DNA from: Methanoregula sp.
Lineage (GTDB): Archaea > Halobacteriota > Methanomicrobia > Methanomicrobiales > Methanospirillaceae
Length of the DNA stretch: 64,000 bases
Direction of reading: 5' to 3'
NCBI GenBank assembly: GCA_041662685.1
Contig: JBAZRZ010000003.1
Location: forward strand, 1,372-65,371
Part shown: positions 1-9,907 of the stretch, piece after piece
How the letters are laid out: the number at the start of each line of letters is the position of its first letter
Numbering within the stretch: position 1 is the stretch's first letter
Program-made: the position numbers and the translations under genes
Notes under the pieces: generated by a model
What the model was told of the DNA's origin: nothing
What the model saw: the letters and a program-made list of their open reading frames with translations, nothing else
Database searches by the model: none

Positions 1-107
1 GGTTTCACCGTATCGCGGGCAGATATCTGTGTTTTATTTGGAAATCCCATTGTATCGTTGGGAAACCGGGCATTGTGTCAATAACGTTGGTGGGGATGGT
101 AAAAAAA

Positions 108-270
108 TCACGCACCCGGATCCTGCGCCATCCGTTTCTCCCCTACCAGCATCAGGATCGTTCCTGCTGCTGCCACGATAGCGGAGAACACGAACCCGTA
201 ATAGGTACCCTCCAAACGCCCAGATGAACCCGATCAGAATGCTGGAGATCAGGTCGCTGATGCCGTTCAT
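108..270 (-). CDS. small hydrophobic (two-helix) membrane protein, apparent frameshift
   Basis: The N-terminus MNGISDLISSILIGFIWAFGG is hydrophobic. After a GGAGGG run, a hydrophobic reading (TYYGFVFSAIVAAAGTILMLVGEKRMAQDPGA) continues in another frame to a TGA at 108-110, followed by a T7 run on the minus strand. Confidence 0.3.
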
Positions 271-567
271 GGTTGCAAGCGAGCCGTTGTGCGAGCGTAC
301 GCGAACGAAAACGAGAACGAGTGAACCTGACTGAAGCGTTCATCCAGAACCACAAAACAAGTTCCCGTTGGGGAAGTTCACGAAGGCAGAGGGGGGGAGC
401 CCCGTTGAGCGTAATCTCCTCTGTAAATCTTCGTACCTGCTGCACACATGCCTGGACCGCTGCCCGCTTCGCCTTGTTCTATCATTCACCGTGTTGACAA
501 AATACGGTCAATACCTAACCAGCATTGTCATAACCGTTTTCCGGTATAGTGAACAAAAAAAAGTGTT

Positions 568-1905
568 TTACTTTATCCTGAGCCGCTGCCCGTTCCTCAT
601 CAGGTGGACATCGTTATCCAGGGTATACCCAAGATCGCTGGCAAAATCGGCGTAGCCTGCCGTCATCTTCATGTTTGCGTGGGCAGGGATGATGTGCTGG
701 GGTTTTAGCATCTGGAGAAACTCGTAGTGGTCTTCCCGGTACGCATGGCCGCTCACGTGCAGATCATCAAAAATCCGGGCCCCGGCCATTTTGAGTTGCT
801 GCTCAATCCTGTACCGGTTCCCGATGTTCATCGGGTTTGGGATGATATTTGCCGAGAAGAGTACCTTGTCTCCCTTGCTCAGCTGGTAGGGAGTATCGCC
901 CGCTGCAAGCCGGGTCAGGATCGATCCGGGCTCGCCCTGGTGACCAGTGACAATCGGCAGGAACTGCTCCTTTCCCTCTTTCATCATCCTGCGCATCATC
1001 CGATCGACGGTTCGCCGGTTCCCATAGACACTTGCAGTTTCAGGGAACGAGACCAGTTTCATCTGTTCTGCAGCAACGGAGTATTTCTCCATAGAACGCC
1101 CGAGAAAGATAGGTTTCCTGCCGATCTCATGGGCACATTCCGCAATGCTCTTCACCCGGGCGATGTGGGATGAGAATGTCGATACAACGACCGCATTCTT
1201 GTCGTCTTCGAAACTGGTGATGAAACCCCGCACGAGATCGCGGGCGATCCGCTCGCTGGGGCACCGTCCCTGGCGATGGATATACGTGCTCTCCACGATA
1301 AGGGCGAGCACCCCCTCCTTGCCGAGCTGCCGGAAACGGGCAAAGTCCGGCGGCTGACCGATGACCGGTGACCGGTCGAACTTGAAGTCACAGGCATAGA
1401 CGATCGCACCGTGAGGGGTGTGAAGCACCGGTGTTACGGTATCGATGATCGAGTGCTGCGTGCGGACAAATTCCAGAACAAGGTTCGAAGAGAGCGTGTA
1501 CCGCTGCCCGGCGCTGAGCGCAAAGAGCTTGTTCTTCACGTCAAATTTCTTCTCACCCTCGATCTGCTGGCGGATCAGTTCGGTTGCATACGGGGTTGCG
1601 ATAATCGGTGCATTGTACCGGTGTGCAAGTTTCGGGATTGCCCCTATGTGGTCGAGGTGCCCGTGCGAGCAGACGATCGCCTTGACCGTGCCTTCGACTT
1701 TTTGCAGCACGGTGTCGTCCGGAATCGCCTTGATACTGATCAGATCAAGGGAATGCATCTCGTTAACTTCTGCATCCTCGTGGATCATCAACTGGTCTAG
1801 GCGAAGCCCCATGTCAAAAATGACGATTTCCTTTCCGCAGCGAACAGCGGTCATATTCCGACCGACCTCATCGTATCCGCCCACGGCTATAATTTCTATT
1901 TCCAT
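568..1905 (-). CDS. rnj: archaeal RNase J (metallo-beta-lactamase / beta-CASP ribonuclease)
   Basis: 445 aa with the HGHLDH metallo-beta-lactamase motif (VCSHGHLDHIGA), beta-CASP-type motifs and C-terminal HVSGHA. Confidence 0.85.
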   Translation of the reverse strand: MEIEIIAVGGYDEVGRNMTAVRCGKEIVIFDMGLRLDQLMIHEDAEVNEMHSLDLISIKAIPDDTVLQKVEGTVKAIVCSHGHLDHIGAIPKLAHRYNAPIIATPYATELIRQQIEGEKKFDVKNKLFALSAGQRYTLSSNLVLEFVRTQHSIIDTVTPVLHTPHGAIVYACDFKFDRSPVIGQPPDFARFRQLGKEGVLALIVESTYIHRQGRCPSERIARDLVRGFITSFEDDKNAVVVSTFSSHIARVKSIAECAHEIGRKPIFLGRSMEKYSVAAEQMKLVSFPETASVYGNRRTVDRMMRRMMKEGKEQFLPIVTGHQGEPGSILTRLAAGDTPYQLSKGDKVLFSANIIPNPMNIGNRYRIEQQLKMAGARIFDDLHVSGHAYREDHYEFLQMLKPQHIIPAHANMKMTAGYADFASDLGYTLDNDVHLMRNGQRLRIK

Positions 1906-3121
1906 TATGTGTTGTATCTCCTGATTTTTTGTCTGGTTGTATTCTTCTGCGGGAATTATTTCCCGGTTTGTTTAAGCGTCAAGGGATTGTGCGATTCCGT
2001 GCATATTGGCCGGATCAACAATCGGCCAAATCCCCCCGGAGTAAACCGGGATAACTATTCGTTCTTGAGCCCGCTTCGACATATCGGCGAAATTCCCTTC
2101 ATGAACCGAACGGGTATTTGCCCGTTACGGTAAAGGGCTCCAGAGGTCGTCACCACGAGACCGTGGATCATCGGGACCCTATACTGGCATCAGGGTCTTT
2201 ACCTGATGCTGTTTCTCCGATGGCAATCCTGTCATCGTCCGCATGATTCCTGCACTGTTTCCCGCACAGGCTGTTCCGGGTTATGAGAAGATACCCGGAA
2301 CTGTGTCTAAACTAAATAGCGGGGCAAGCTCATCAACCTTTGTTTTCTGCCAGTTATTGAACCGGCGAACATTTTTCCCTTTTCCCAACACCGGGCACGC
2401 ATCCATTTTTTCAGAATATCCCATACATTCCACGGGGATCCACCGATTGAACACGACCCGGTCCGTCCACCCACCCGCTTACGAGAATCCTTTATCGAGG
2501 GTTTTCTGGCTTTCGGGATTTAGCCCGGTCATGTACACGGAACCCGTTTATCTTGTTCAACTGTTTAAAACACAATTTTCAATACCCTCCCCGGAAAAAA
2601 GAGCCTCCTATTCGTATTACGGTTGGGTTTTAGGGGTCAGGATGGGCTAAACTACGTGGCGAAAACAGCCTCGATTCCAGGGCCTTTGGCAGCCATCCGG
2701 TGTGGGGGTTTCCTGTCGTATTTTGGCAATCAGGGAAAATTTAGGGCTTATTTTCAACAGTGGCCGAAACCGGCAGTTTTACGAGTTTTTCCGGAGCAGG
2801 AGTTCGGGAAAAGGAACCCGTATATGGCGTATTTACCCTCAGGGTTCCGACCCCTTATGCCAGGTGTCTCCGATAGCGGATAAATGAGTAGATTATTCAG
2901 GATATTCCCGTATTCATCATACCTTCAGGTCAGGAGATACCGGGTTCCCCTGCTTCATCTTCAGCCGCACGATCATCTCCAGCTCCTTCTTTTTTTGCCA
3001 CCCGCTCGCAGTCATAGCCCGGCTCAGCCCACGGTCGCGTAACGTTCCAGATAAGGTTCTCACTGAGCGGAGGTTACGGAAATGCACCGGGATCGAAGAG
3101 TAACTGCCCCCGGAACTTTTT

Positions 3122-3132
3122 AAAAAAAAAAA
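3122..3132 (-). terminator. oligo-T tract (T11 on minus strand) downstream of tfuA
   Basis: An A11 run on the plus strand lies about 40 nt beyond the tfuA stop. Archaeal intrinsic termination typically uses oligo-T. Confidence 0.5.
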
Positions 3133-3170
3133 GCAATACATCGGCGGGTGAAGCTTTACTCCTCGTTAAA

Positions 3171-3815
3171 CTACTCCGCAATTTTACGGATGTATTCGAG
3201 CGCTGCAATCGCATCCTCGCGTTTCTTGTCGCAGGCATGGCTGTCAACCCACGAAAGGAACCTCTCGCGGGTTTTTGTATCAACCGCATCCCCGGCACCG
3301 GCCACGATTGCACGGTAGGTTCGTTTGGGATAGAAGAGGGACCGGGCCGCGGTAAGAAGAACATCATGAGCAGCAGCATCGAGGATCCCTTCCTCAAGAG
3401 CCCGCTTTAAGGTAAACCGGATATTGATCAATGGTTCAGAGAGTGACATGCCGGAGACCGGGTCGAACACAAGCGCCACCTCATCATCGGCAATCAGTTC
3501 CCCGCTCTTGTACATCCGGTAGATCTCACCGATACCCACCATGCCGAGCGTGTCCATCTCGGCTGCCCGGAGTGCGCCCATGCTCGATGAACCGACCACC
3601 CGGATACCGCCTTTTAACGCTGCAAGGATCTCGCGGTGGGCAACGGCTGATTCCTGGTGAAAGACACCATCGATCAGGCCGATGATTGTCGCACCCTCGC
3701 GTGCTGCGGTGATAAGATCGCCCCGCTTTGCCGGAGGCCGGTACTCTGCAGGGAGGATCTGTTCAGCTGATTTTATGTCAAGGCTTGGGCCGAGAAAGAC
3801 GATGATCTTTGGCAT
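3171..3815 (-). CDS. tfuA: TfuA-like protein (partner of YcaO, thioamidation)
   Basis: 214 aa starting MPKIIVFLGPS, with IIGLIDGVF and the GASSMGALRA-like SSSMGALRAAE motif typical of TfuA. It overlaps the ycaO 3' end. Confidence 0.85.
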   Translation of the reverse strand: MPKIIVFLGPSLDIKSAEQILPAEYRPPAKRGDLITAAREGATIIGLIDGVFHQESAVAHREILAALKGGIRVVGSSSMGALRAAEMDTLGMVGIGEIYRMYKSGELIADDEVALVFDPVSGMSLSEPLINIRFTLKRALEEGILDAAAHDVLLTAARSLFYPKRTYRAIVAGAGDAVDTKTRERFLSWVDSHACDKKREDAIAALEYIRKIAE

Positions 3816-4989
3816 GCTTCACCCGCTCGCCCCGGCGTTCGGGGTCCATTGCAAAGACTTCGAGGCCCGGTACAATCACCCGAACGACCGGAACCCCGAT
3901 CTCTTCCCGGGTCAGGTCAACGACAATGACCCGGTCGAGCCCCTTCTTCTCCAGTGCAACGATGATATTCTGGATATCTTTGAGGAAATCATCGGTGTCG
4001 GACGAGGGGATCGTTGTGTAATCCACGGTCCCGTTGTCACGGTACCAGTACCCGTTGATCCTTTTGGCCCGCTCGTAACCCATCTTTTTGCGAAGATCGG
4101 CAATCGTGGTGTCTTCCCGGGCCCCGTGGATCTGGGTGAGCCGGCTTTGGGCTACTTCAGTAAGAGCCCGCATGACAGCGATCCGTGCGCTGGTATGGGT
4201 CCCGATACCTATGGTGAGAAGGCTGGGGTCTTTTAAGAGCACGTCATCTGCCACTGCGGCGATCGTCGGGATGCCAATGTCGCTGGTGATGTCCCGTATG
4301 GTCACTTCTACCTGGGCATCGGCAAATTTCTTCTGCATATCCATAATTACCGGGTCATCGATGCCCACCACTGCGGGGCCAGTATCCCGCGTCGATTCTA
4401 CGAGCGACCAGGCGTCCCGCTCGATGATCTCGGAGAGTGCGTGGAAGACCGCCTCTTCGATGGTGTTTCCCGAAGCGAGACCGTTGGTATTTGTCCGGAA
4501 GACTCCCCGGTGCCGGGGGGGAACTGGGTGAAATACCGCAAAGGCCGGGACCCACACCGTCTCGTTATTGACAATATCGTATCCCTGGTACCAGGACATG
4601 AACCGATCCGTTACTGCACCTTCCGGCAGGATCAGGTCCACTGGATTGATGACCGGTTCGCGGCCTTCGAGTTCCTGGAACAGTGCGGTCCGGATCTCCC
4701 GGTCGTGCGCCTCGGCCGAATACCGCTCGATCCCTTCCATGATGGCTGATATCCTTGACTCCTCAACGGTTGCTCCTTTGCCGTTGTACACGGTGATAGC
4801 ACCGTCATCTGCGGTCGGGCGGATGCAGGAAAAGACCGGAATACCGATCCGGTCAAGACTCGTGATGTCGGCGACACGGGTGATACCGGCAGCGGGGACT
4901 TTTGGTTCAATGCGGTGAAGTGTCTCTTCGAGCGGGATGGCCCGCTGCGTCTCGTTGTTGTAGGTCTTTTTGCAGGAGTGGAGCTGCAT
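3778..4989 (-). CDS. ycaO: YcaO-family ATP-dependent amide-activating enzyme
   Basis: 403 aa with the YcaO core (NGKGATVEESRISAIMEGIERYSA, SNGLASGNTIEEA, ERD). It is paired with tfuA, as in methanogen mcrA thioglycine loci. Confidence 0.9.
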   Translation of the reverse strand: MQLHSCKKTYNNETQRAIPLEETLHRIEPKVPAAGITRVADITSLDRIGIPVFSCIRPTADDGAITVYNGKGATVEESRISAIMEGIERYSAEAHDREIRTALFQELEGREPVINPVDLILPEGAVTDRFMSWYQGYDIVNNETVWVPAFAVFHPVPPRHRGVFRTNTNGLASGNTIEEAVFHALSEIIERDAWSLVESTRDTGPAVVGIDDPVIMDMQKKFADAQVEVTIRDITSDIGIPTIAAVADDVLLKDPSLLTIGIGTHTSARIAVMRALTEVAQSRLTQIHGAREDTTIADLRKKMGYERAKRINGYWYRDNGTVDYTTIPSSDTDDFLKDIQNIIVALEKKGLDRVIVVDLTREEIGVPVVRVIVPGLEVFAMDPERRGERVKHAKDHRLSRPKP

Positions 4990-5089
4990 GGATGAATCTC
5001 TTAAGTAGTAGGTGAACCCTGCCGGGGCTTATACATGCCCATAAGGGGTGACTCTAAAAAAAACAGGTGAGGCGGGTCCGGGTGCGATA

Positions 5090-5254
5090 TTACCCATCTG
5101 CGGGAAGTGATGCAGCGAACTCCCGCACCTTTGCCGATGCTCCGTCACGAAGCGGTACCCCATGACCGGGGAGCAGGATATCAAAATCGACAAGTACGGG
5201 AACACTGTTCTTGTCCGACAACAGTTCCAGTTTTCCGTCTTTTTGGTTTGGCAT
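5090..5254 (-). pseudogene. C-terminal fragment of a metallo-beta-lactamase-fold hydrolase
   Basis: A 54-codon ORF (MPNQKDGKLELLSDKNSVPVLVDFDILLPGHGVPLRDGASAKVREFAASLPADG) carries the LPGHG C-terminal His motif of the MBL fold but lacks the rest of the domain. A T8 run follows on the minus strand. Confidence 0.4.
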
Positions 5255-5859
5255 ATCTCAATTTCCTATCAATAAAGAAATGATCAACAACTCTGTTATA
5301 TAAAAACAATGATACGGGCAGAAGCATCCGGCAACTTCATAAAAAAAGAGAGAAATTATTCCTTGTTATCGGGTTTTAAAGCCTGCTTCTTCCGGACGCA
5401 GAAGCAGAGAGAAGGATCACGGCAAGGAACGCGATACCGGCAAAACAACGGGATCGCGACGGGACAGGATTGGATCGAGGAATCATAAAATAACCGTAAC
5501 TCTTCTGAGTTATCGGAATAATATATAAACAATATCATTTATTCCGGGTATTATTTAACCCCGGGCCCGTCTTTTACGCTGAATATAGCTAAATATCCTG
5601 TGGCAGGAACTCCTTATACGGGATGTACTGTGTTTCCCTGTACCTGACGTTCCCGGGTCTACGATATTCAGGGATCCTTTTGAGTACCGGGGAACGGGGT
5701 CAACCGGAGTCCCATCCCACGTGTCATCGAGGTTCACATATGCAGGTGGTGGAATCGGATGTGGAAGGATAAGGGGCGATGTTCCGGTTCCCGCTGCCAG
5801 TAGTGCCGGAGAAATACACACCCATAAGATAATACACCGTAGATAAAAATAAAACTTCT

Positions 5860-6315
5860 ATGGTTGATCTTACCGGCGAACCATTGCATATCCTGCTCGT
5901 AGAGGATAACGAGGCCCATGCCGAGCTCGTGATACGGGGGATGCGTGACCCGCAGGTGGCAAACACGATCCATCATGTGTCCGATGGCGAGAAGGCACTT
6001 GACTACATTTTCGGGCGGGGTGTATACATGGATCCGGTACAATACCCCCGGCCAAATATTGTTCTTCTCGATCTCCGGCTCCCCCAGGTTGACGGGCTTG
6101 AAGTGCTCATGACGATTAAAACCACCCCGTCGCTCCTCCGGATCCCGGTTGTCATACTCACCAGTTCCGATGCAAAAAACGATATTGCCACATCCTATGA
6201 TTACCATGCGAACAGCTATATCGTAAAACCCCTTGACATAAAGACCTTCATAAAACTGGTGAAGGAGCTCGAGTTCTACTGGCTTGGCTGGAATGCAAAA
6301 TCCTCAGGAAATTAA
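5860..6315 (+). CDS. CheY-like response regulator receiver protein
   Basis: 151 aa with ILLVEDN, the LLDLRLP phospho-acceptor Asp context, and a conserved T/S and K (YIVKP). Confidence 0.85.
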   Translation: MVDLTGEPLHILLVEDNEAHAELVIRGMRDPQVANTIHHVSDGEKALDYIFGRGVYMDPVQYPRPNIVLLDLRLPQVDGLEVLMTIKTTPSLLRIPVVILTSSDAKNDIATSYDYHANSYIVKPLDIKTFIKLVKELEFYWLGWNAKSSGN

Positions 6316-6346
6316 AAGCCCGGGCGTTCCGGGATCGGGATGGGGA

Positions 6347-7165
6347 ATGGACATCGTGACGGGAACAACAGTCTCTCACATTCTGATTCTTGAGGGTGAT
6401 CGCGCTCACCAGGATCTCGTTCTCCACGCTTTTTTGGCAGATCCTAAACAGTTCCGGGTGTCCATAGCAGGGAATCTCCGTGACGCCCGGGACATCATCG
6501 GGCGCGATCAGCCCGATCTGATCATCGCCAACTGGATTCTTCCCGATGGGAAAGGTCTCGACATCCTGCCCCGCAAGAATGGGAGAGTGACGATCCCGCT
6601 TGTCATCATGACCAGTCACGGGGACGAACCTCTCGCAGTTGAGATCATGAAATACGGGGCGATCGATTACGTGGTCAAATCCGCAACCACGTTCCGGGAT
6701 CTGCCCCATATCGCCCGTCGTGCACTACGGGACTGGGATAATCTCCGGGAAAGGAAGCGGGCGGAAGAAGCTGTTCGCAATTCCCAGAAGCTCCTGGCAG
6801 ATATCCTCCGTTTCCTGCCGGATGCGGTACTTGCGATTGACAATGAGGGCAGGATGATTGCGTGGAACAAGGCGATCGAAGAGATGACCGGGGTTGCCGC
6901 AGCGGATATGCTGGGGAAAGGCGATCACGAATACAGCATCCCCTTATATGGCGAGCGGCGTCCTATCCTCATTGACTTCGTCTTTGCAGATGACGCAGAT
7001 GTGAGGGAAAAATATCATTCTATCCGGCGGGAAGGGAATAAAATTATTTCAGAATTGTTCGTCCCGGCGATGTATGGGGGCAGGGAACCCGGTTCACGAT
7101 TATTTTCCCGGAAAAGTTCTGAATTTCTTTCTAGTGTGTGGCAGGATTTGATTTTTCCCGGGTAA
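6347..7165 (+). pseudogene. receiver + PAS sensor protein with the histidine-kinase core apparently deleted
   Basis: A receiver domain (ILILEGDRAH, DLIIANWILPDG, YVVKS) is followed by a PAS domain (AIDNEGRMIAWNKAIEEMTG). The ORF then degenerates. A different frame at 7042-7122 reads ...GDVWGQGTRFTIIFPEKF-stop, which is the extreme C-terminus of an HATPase_c domain. Confidence 0.55.
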
Positions 7166-7190
7166 ATTCGTTGCAGGGGCACGGAGGGGG

Positions 7191-7210
7191 GGTAGGGGTA
7201 CCCCCCTACC
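7191..7210. terminator. GC-rich palindromic hairpin between convergent genes
   Basis: GGTAGGGGTACCCCCCTACC (core palindrome GGGGTACCCC, extended with a CC bulge) lies between the sensor-gene end and the fen stop. Confidence 0.35.
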
Positions 7211-7211
7211 G

Positions 7212-8213
7212 CTAAAACCAGTTCTCCAGTGTCTTCTGCCCTACCTTGACCGTGAAATTCTCGAGCGCCTTGTTCACCCGCTCTTCAGAGAACTCATATC
7301 CCCCGCAGAGCATCTTTTTTATTCCCTCTGTATCGGGATGTCCCCATACAAGAGTATAATCGTCCGTCACCGGGGGGTGTAAGAAGAGGTCCATCACTGG
7401 GGCAGGATCGAAGTCCGGCTGCTTCTCTTTGAGTTTTTGCCGGAATTCTCCTTTCTGCACGATCTTGAGGCCCGTCTTTGCCCCAACGCCGTCAACACCC
7501 GGGTTGAAATCGGTCCCGATCAGGATGCTGATCTCGATCAACTGCTCGCGGGTGAGGTGAAGTCCTGCCAGCACTTCGGCAAGGACCAGCCGCTCCGGGC
7601 TGACCGTAATGGTTCGCCCCCGCATCTTGCGTTTGCCGCTTACGGTAAGATTGCGGACAAGGTTGGGAGCACCGAACAGCAGGGTATCATAATCCTGTGA
7701 CACCACATACCGGGCTTCGCCTTTGGCCACCATGTAGGATGCCTGGGCCTCCCCCTCTCCGGGTGCCTGCACGAACGGGATTCCCAAAAGCCCGAGCAGT
7801 TCCTTGGAAGACGCAATGATTGCCGCATCCACCCGGGTGGCAGATCTAGCCTGCTTGTATGCTTCTGCCTCATCCCCGCGCTCGATCGCTTCCTTCCAGC
7901 GTTCACCCGCCGTGTCGCGAATCTTCCTGCGCTGGTCGACCGTTGCCTGTTTGAGTTCGCCGGGTTTCCCGTCAAAGACAAAGACCGGTTTGATCCCCTT
8001 GTCCATGAAGTTCGCTATCCGGAATAGGATGCCGGAGAGGTGGGAGGTGACCCGTCCCCGCCCGTCCATCAATGGTGTGCCGTCAGGCTGGCGGATGATG
8101 GTTAAGAACTGGTAGAGGGTATTGTTCGCATCGATAGCCGCGATACCGGGAATGGTCTCCAGTGTGACCGGTGTCTTATACTCTGCCAGAATATCCCGAA
8201 GTGCAACGCCCAT
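7212..8213 (-). CDS. fen: flap endonuclease 1 (FEN-1)
   Basis: 333 aa starting MGVALRDIL, with XPG-N/XPG-I motifs ([24 protein letters not shown]) and H3TH (IGTDFNPG). The stop codon is TAG. Confidence 0.9.
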   Translation of the reverse strand: MGVALRDILAEYKTPVTLETIPGIAAIDANNTLYQFLTIIRQPDGTPLMDGRGRVTSHLSGILFRIANFMDKGIKPVFVFDGKPGELKQATVDQRRKIRDTAGERWKEAIERGDEAEAYKQARSATRVDAAIIASSKELLGLLGIPFVQAPGEGEAQASYMVAKGEARYVVSQDYDTLLFGAPNLVRNLTVSGKRKMRGRTITVSPERLVLAEVLAGLHLTREQLIEISILIGTDFNPGVDGVGAKTGLKIVQKGEFRQKLKEKQPDFDPAPVMDLFLHPPVTDDYTLVWGHPDTEGIKKMLCGGYEFSEERVNKALENFTVKVGQKTLENWF

Positions 8214-8396
8214 CTTTGTTCACCTTCTGGTACATACGTTATTTGTACGCACGTTTAGCCTATTCGGCATTTTGTTCTCCGGGTGGCGATGACCTGACGC
8301 CCGTGAGCAGGAGCCAGAACGGTGAATTCGTATATTCATGCTTTTAGGTGATGAGAGTACAGTAATTACTAACGTTTAAGTTTACGGAGTATCCGC

Positions 8397-9296
8397 ATGG
8401 ACACAAAAAATCTCATTCCCCTTCTTGCAATGCCGCTCCTGTTCCTTGCCGTGGAGATAGGCGCACTCCTGCTCTCCCTGCCGGTGAAGGCTTCCGGTGT
8501 CGTTGCATTTGAAGACCCCACCTCGCTTGAGAACCCGGTCTTCTTTATCCTGATCCTGCTGGTCTTTACCGGTATTTTACTCGTTTTGATCAAATATGAT
8601 ACGAAAAAAGTGTTCATCAAAGCGATCATAGGATTATCGCTGTTTTTTACCTTTGTGTATATCTTTGCCGCTATCGTGTACGCGACAATCGGGGCAACTG
8701 ATACTGCCAACATCGCGGTGCTCGTGCTGGGGCTCCTCGCAACGGCGCTCCTGTATAAATACCCGGAATGGTACGTAATCGATGTGCTCGGCATCCTGAT
8801 GAGCGCCGGGGTGGCCTCGATCTTTGGTGTTTCGTTAGATGTGCTGCCGGTAGTTATCCTGCTCATTCTGCTCGCGGTCTACGATGGAATCGCGGTGTAC
8901 AAGACCAAACACATGATCACGCTCGCTGAAGGTGTCATGGACCTCAAGACCCCGATCCTCTTTGTCATCCCCAAGCGCCGGGACTACTCCTTCATCAAGG
9001 AAGGGATTGGGAAACTGGGCGATGGCGGGGAGCGTTCAGCGTTCATCATCGGTATCGGCGACCTGATCATGCCCTCCATTCTGGTGGTATCGGCCAATGT
9101 CTTTTTGAAAGGTGCAAAACTTGGCGGGATCATCAATCTCCCTGCACTCGGTGCGATCATCGGATCGCTGGCCGGTCTCTGCGTGCTGATGCATTTTGTC
9201 ATGTCGGGAAAACCGCAGGCCGGACTCCCGCCTTTGAATGGCGGAACTATCCTTGGATTCCTTGTGGGACTGGCCGCGATGACGTGGATGGGGTAA
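8397..9296 (+). CDS. presenilin / signal-peptide-peptidase homologue (A22 intramembrane aspartyl protease)
   Basis: Polytopic membrane protein with a YD motif (LAVYDGIAVY), GxGD (IGIGDLIMP) and PAL (NLPALGA). Confidence 0.8.
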   Translation: MDTKNLIPLLAMPLLFLAVEIGALLLSLPVKASGVVAFEDPTSLENPVFFILILLVFTGILLVLIKYDTKKVFIKAIIGLSLFFTFVYIFAAIVYATIGATDTANIAVLVLGLLATALLYKYPEWYVIDVLGILMSAGVASIFGVSLDVLPVVILLILLAVYDGIAVYKTKHMITLAEGVMDLKTPILFVIPKRRDYSFIKEGIGKLGDGGERSAFIIGIGDLIMPSILVVSANVFLKGAKLGGIINLPALGAIIGSLAGLCVLMHFVMSGKPQAGLPPLNGGTILGFLVGLAAMTWMG

Positions 9297-9625
9297 GATC
9301 CAGTTATTTTAAAAAATATCCTTCGCACGTTTGGTACATACGATGGGGATTGAGACGACCCTCTCCTTTTTTTGATGAGTGCCGCAGCCCGATAGTGCAT
9401 TCCGGCAACGGTTCAGATGAATATTTCCGGCATGGTTTCATGAACCGGGCACCCTATTTTAAAAAAAGGGTCATGGGGTGGATGGGGGTCGGGTGGTGTA
9501 CAGCCGCCCGATCTCTTTTGCGGATGCCGGTCTGGCTTGTAATAACGGGATTCAACGACGGCATATAGTGAGGCTGAAACTTCTTTTGGTGTATCATTGT
9601 TGGGGCTGGAGAAGGCGCTCAAGTA

Positions 9626-9770
9626 AAATTTCCCCCTCCGACCCCCCATTAGTACATTGTTTACCCCCGGGTTTTGTATGCCTAGTTCCCGAATTTTTAC
9701 GGGAGAGAATTAGTTTATGGATACCATTTCAATAGCCAAATGGGTGAGGGGAGGTCGGAGGGGGTAATTT
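9626..9770. repeat. 18-bp inverted repeat pair (1 mismatch) bracketing about 109 bp
   Basis: AAATTTCCCCCTCCGACC at 9626-9643 pairs with GGTCGGAGGGGGTAATTT at 9753-9770, inside a 600-bp non-coding gap between convergent genes. Confidence 0.6.
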
Positions 9771-9892
9771 GTTTTACCCTCCCGGAACCCCCTCAGAAAG
9801 TGAGCGATTTTATTTGTTCCCTGCCGGGGTTTACCTTCCGGTTAGCGGTGTGACAATAAGTCAATAACATGAGGACTGGATTTCAACAGGGC

Positions 9893-9901
9893 AAAAAAAA
9901 A
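9893..9901 (-). terminator. oligo-T (T9 on minus strand) 7 nt after the NOG1 stop
   Basis: An A9 run on the plus strand lies immediately beyond the stop codon at 9908-9910. Confidence 0.5.
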
Positions 9902-9907
9902 GAAAGA

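Noticed and set aside
1906-3170. RNase P RNA or SRP (7S) RNA in the long non-coding gap
   Set aside because: I did not find the conserved GGAAAGTCC-type (RNase P CR-I) or SRP helix-8-like signatures. The region is left as unexplained.
5734-6207. 157-aa minus-strand ORF
   Set aside because: It is antisense to the CheY-like receiver gene, whose Asp pocket motifs are clear.
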